From Hyaloraphidium curvatum SAG 235-1 (Eukaryota; Fungi; Monoblepharomycota): 64,000 nucleotides of DNA. Position 1 is the first letter of the stretch, and each line of letters begins with the position of its first letter. Below, piece by piece: positions 57,901 to 64,000 of the stretch. The notes under the pieces are model-generated. The model did no database searches. It was not told the DNA's origin and was given only the letters and a program-made list of their open reading frames with translations. A program made the position numbers and the translations under genes. The stretch lies in contig JAIVFI010000031.1 of the NCBI GenBank assembly GCA_025558095.1, positions 1 to 64,000 on the forward strand. The letters are read 5' to 3'.

Positions 57901-58216
57901 AGAAAGTTGATCGTTCGCGTTTTTCTGCTTGGCGTGCCGCTGCAGAGCAGAACTCGGGGTTTAGTCTGCGGTTGAGCGGTGGTGTCGGCCGGCCGCGACG
58001 CGCAGCAAACTCGCCCTTCCAGGAGCCCCCTCTTTTCCGCCGACGGGTTGTTCGTCGGGCTGCTTGCCTTTTCTTCAACGGCTTCGCGTCGTTCTCGGAC
58101 GGCCCCGCGGCCGTCGCATTCCGCACCGGCCGTTCGGTGCCCCTCGCGCGGCCGTCCGGCGCCGCCCCGTCCTTCTTCCCCACCGACAACGGGGCCGACC
58201 CCGACCCGCCGGCACG

Positions 58217-60958
<2,742 letters not shown>

Positions 60959-61164
60959 GCCGGACCGCGGTAGCGACCTTGGATGGCGGCAGCTAAAGCA
61001 CATTGACGTAGAATGGATGGATTGGCATCGCAGTTGATGGCGTCCTTTCCTTCAAAGCCGCTTTCGCCTCGATCGCTCGATCACAAGCTCGAGCGACCTG
61101 TCCCAGTTTCCGTCTTTGCGCCACACGCGTCATCCCGCGCCCGAACCCCTATTTACCCGCGAGA

Positions 61165-62803
61165 ATGGCCGCCACCGCCCTTGCTGGCAACGATGCGTGG
61201 CCTCCATCCCCAGTTGCGGGCTTCCCGCCGGCGCCGGCGGTCTCTGTGTCGGTCAACCCCGCGGCGCCGATGGACCCCGAGCAGGAGGCGATGCTCGCCC
61301 AGGCCGGGCTGCTTACCCTCCGCGGGGAAGGCCCGCACGTGCCCGAGGCGGTCCCGCGGCTCATCGTCCGCACGGTGCTTGTTTCCCTCTTCGGCCCGCC
61401 CGGGTCGCCGCTCACCAGGGAGCAGAAACACGACCTGACAACCATTTCGCATGTGTCGCGCCTGTTCTACATCGAATGCCTGCCGTACACTTGGAGAACG
61501 ATCGTTTTTCCTCGCAGGGACTTTGCCGTGCGCGCGATGGCCCTGCGCAGCAGGGACGGGCTCGGCCTGCTGCGCGGGGACGCCGTCAGGGAGCTCAAAA
61601 GCGGTGCCTGCGCGCCGTTCCATCCGCTGTTCGCAGAGGTGTTCAACGTCTTTTTGGGCGCCGTGTCGGACATGACGAAGCTGAGGAAGGTGGAGATAGT
61701 CGCGCGTTCACCGCGAGCGGCCGCCCTGCTTGACGCCGCCAGGCGGGTGGCACGCACTGCCGAGGCGCCCGCCGGCCCGGAAGGCCAGGCGCTCGTCCTG
61801 GCGGGATGCATGGTTTCTGCAGCGCTGGTGGAGCATTTTATGCGCACGGCGGCGTGGGACAGGCTGGAGACGCTGGAACTGGGAGTTGAGGCGCTGGCGG
61901 AAGGCGCCGTGACCGAGGCGCTCTGCAGGGCCATCCGGCGGCGCCGACCGCCGAGGTTGGCTATCGACATGCCCGTCGAGGGGGGGCATCTGCGGGCGCT
62001 CGAGCTGTTTGCCGACCTCGCTGGTTCCCTTGACACGCTGCGCTGGACGCTCCCCGGCGGCCGGCTGGCCAACTTGGTACCCGACCCCCAGGTGCTGACC
62101 GCGGCCCTCGGCCATCCGCGCTCTCTGCACCTGCGCCGCGGGCGCCCCCTCGAATTCCCTTCCTCGTGGCTCGCCTCTATCCTCCCGGAAGGCAGCCGTT
62201 TATTCCGACCTGCGCATGGAGCGGTTCGCCGCGGCCGACGCCACCGCCCCGCTCCAAGCGTCCTTCCTCGCTGCGCACGGGGAACGTCTGACCAGCCTGA
62301 CCCTGTCGGGATGGACCGTGTCGTCCCTCTCGCTCGGGGGCAACGATCCGCCGTGGTACCTCGTCTGCGCCGCCGTCCGCGATCTCCCCTCCCTGCGCCG
62401 CCTCCGGCTCATCGAATGCGGGCAGGGCGGCATGGCGACCGCCTGCATAATGCAGATGCTGGCGCTGGCGCCTGCGGATCTGGCGGAGCTGGAGCTGGCG
62501 CAGGCGCAGGCGGGGTTGAGGCTCGGGCCGCCGTGGATGGTCCTCCTGCTGAGGCTGCGGCGCCTGAAGAGGCTGCGGCGCCTGAAGAGGCTGCGGCTCC
62601 GGCTCAGGGCTGACCGATGGTCGGCCGATGAGGAGCGGGCGGCCAAGGCTGTGGGACAGATGCGGTCGCTCGAGGCGCTCGACGCCGGCGGCGCGTGGTG
62701 GGCAGATCAGGCGCGGGAGGCGGCGGCGGCGTTGGTGCCACGGCGGACACTGCGGATGGCGTGGGATCCCGATACGGAGCCGGTCGGCCCACTGTCAAGT
62801 TAA
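61165..62803 (+). pseudogene. F-box-like/LRR (RNI-like) protein with an apparent +1 frameshift at ~62203
   Basis: LTTISHVSRLFYIECLPYTWRTI; LRKVEI, LETLEL, LTSLTL, LRRLRL; deleting one T in TTATTCC restores SRLSDLRMERF. Confidence 0.65.
62551..62598 (+). repeat. 18-bp coding tandem repeat (GAGGCTGCGGCGCCTGAA, ~2.6 copies)
   Basis: Encodes RLRRLK-RLRRLK-RLR. Confidence 0.85.
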
Positions 62804-63110
62804 GTCTTGAGAGCTGTGTATTTGCGGAGAAAGGGCGGGAGCGAGCCGACCGGCGGCGCGGATCAGCGTCGACCCTCACTAGTCCGGCACTGACCGTGCT
62901 GCGATTTGGATAGAGCTGTTCCGACTTCGACGCAAAAAGGTGCGGAAAATGTAATGCCATCTCGCAGAATCCCCAAACATGATTGTTGTTGCCAGAATCG
63001 GCGAAAGCGAACCGCCCTCCCAAAACAGACCAAACTACATCGCGTTAGCACCTGCTGCGAGAGCCGGAGAAGCATTCTTCCAACCTGATCTCCCGGCACG
63101 GTGAATACGG

Positions 63111-63650
63111 TCAGTAGGCGCTGCCGAACCCGAATCCCCACCCCCCGTCCGAGCCGGACCCGTACTCGCCGTCCCCGCTGCCGCTCCCCCCGCTCCCGCT
63201 CCCGCCCTCCCCGTCGCTCTCGTCGTACTTGGCCTTCTTGGCCCCGTGCCCCTCCCCCTTCTTCCCGCCCTTGGGCACCCACTCCGCCAGCACCGCCACC
63301 TCTTCGGCCGTCACGACCCAGTCCTCGCTGCCGTCGCCCCCCGCGTGCCTCTTTCTGACCAGCCCCGTCGTCTTGTCGACCTTGTTCCGCGCCCTCATCT
63401 CCCCGGCGCCGAGGCCCCACGGGTTCCGCAGGAACACGTCCTCCGAGCACGCGTTGGCCAGCGCGACGGTGGCGAACGCGCCGATGACCTTGGTGTCGGG
63501 CGGCGAGTACGAGTGGAAGCCGTCGGGGGGGTAGCCGAAGGAGGTGCGGACGACGTAGATTTTGGGCGGGGCGGCGGCGGCCGGGGCGGGAGCGGGGGCG
63601 GGGGACGCCTTGCGCTTGGGCGCGGCGGCGGAGGTCTGCTTCGGGGGCAT
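63111..63650 (-). CDS. Uncharacterised small protein with basic/Pro N-terminus and Gly/acidic tail
   Basis: MPPKQTSAAAPKRK...KIYVVRT...TKVIGAFATVALANA; an upstream in-frame start is possible. Confidence 0.6.
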   Translation of the reverse strand: MPPKQTSAAAPKRKASPAPAPAPAAAAPPKIYVVRTSFGYPPDGFHSYSPPDTKVIGAFATVALANACSEDVFLRNPWGLGAGEMRARNKVDKTTGLVRKRHAGGDGSEDWVVTAEEVAVLAEWVPKGGKKGEGHGAKKAKYDESDGEGGSGSGGSGSGDGEYGSGSDGGWGFGFGSAY

Positions 63651-64000
63651 CGCGGGCTGCGCGAGGGGCGAGCCAGGAGGTTGCTGGGCGCGGAAAGGGG
63701 AGGAGGAGGGCTCGAAGGCGATGCGGCGGAGGGCGAAGTCGGCGGGACCGGCATACCAGAGCGCGTGGGAGGCGCAGCTCTGACCAGTCGAGATCTTCGA
63801 CGAAGCAAAAGGCCCTGAACCAGCATAGCCGCCCGGCTGGAACGGCACATCGCCGGCGAGTTCGTCCCCGGCTCCGTCTTCCGGCGGCGCAGAGGCCTCC
63901 ATCGTCGGTGCACGGGGGGAGGCGGAGTTAAACAAAGCCAGCGGTACGCCAGCTGGGACGGACCTGGCACGGAACGAATCAGCTGAACCTCCCCGGAGCT

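Overview
Gene-dense, very GC-rich eukaryotic DNA with many short (mostly ~50-70 nt) GT-AG introns (donors typically GTGGGT/GTGCGC/GTGAGT, branch sites GCTGAC). A Zn2Cys6 factor, CEF1, CK2-beta and a P4-ATPase indicate a fungus. GC content and intron style suggest an early-diverging zoosporic fungus such as a monoblepharid, but this is inference. About 30 genes or gene relics are recognisable, and most long ORFs in the track are GC-driven shadows. The most unusual region is 3.8-12.7 kb, a shuffled accessory array that interleaves three elements: (i) three copies of a small secreted Cys-rich PAN/apple-like protein, (ii) four whole or partial copies of a 7-TM protein whose layout resembles insect gustatory/odorant receptor-like ion channels (7TMIC/DUF3537), and (iii) three copies of a ~200-nt non-coding element with Pol III-like A/B boxes, a compensatory hairpin change and a TTTT end. 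Other highlights are an AGC-like kinase with a signal peptide and Tyr-acidic tail repeats, a candidate acyl/amide metabolic cluster (4CL-like ligase, Lnt-like acyltransferase, P450, amidase, Zn2Cys6 TF, ACAD10/11-type kinase), several peroxisomal targeting signals, a USP-C2 fusion, 6- and 12-nt micro-exons in CEF1, a CpG-depleted BED-finger island, and many genes broken by single lesions. Exon boundaries were read by eye and no searches were run.
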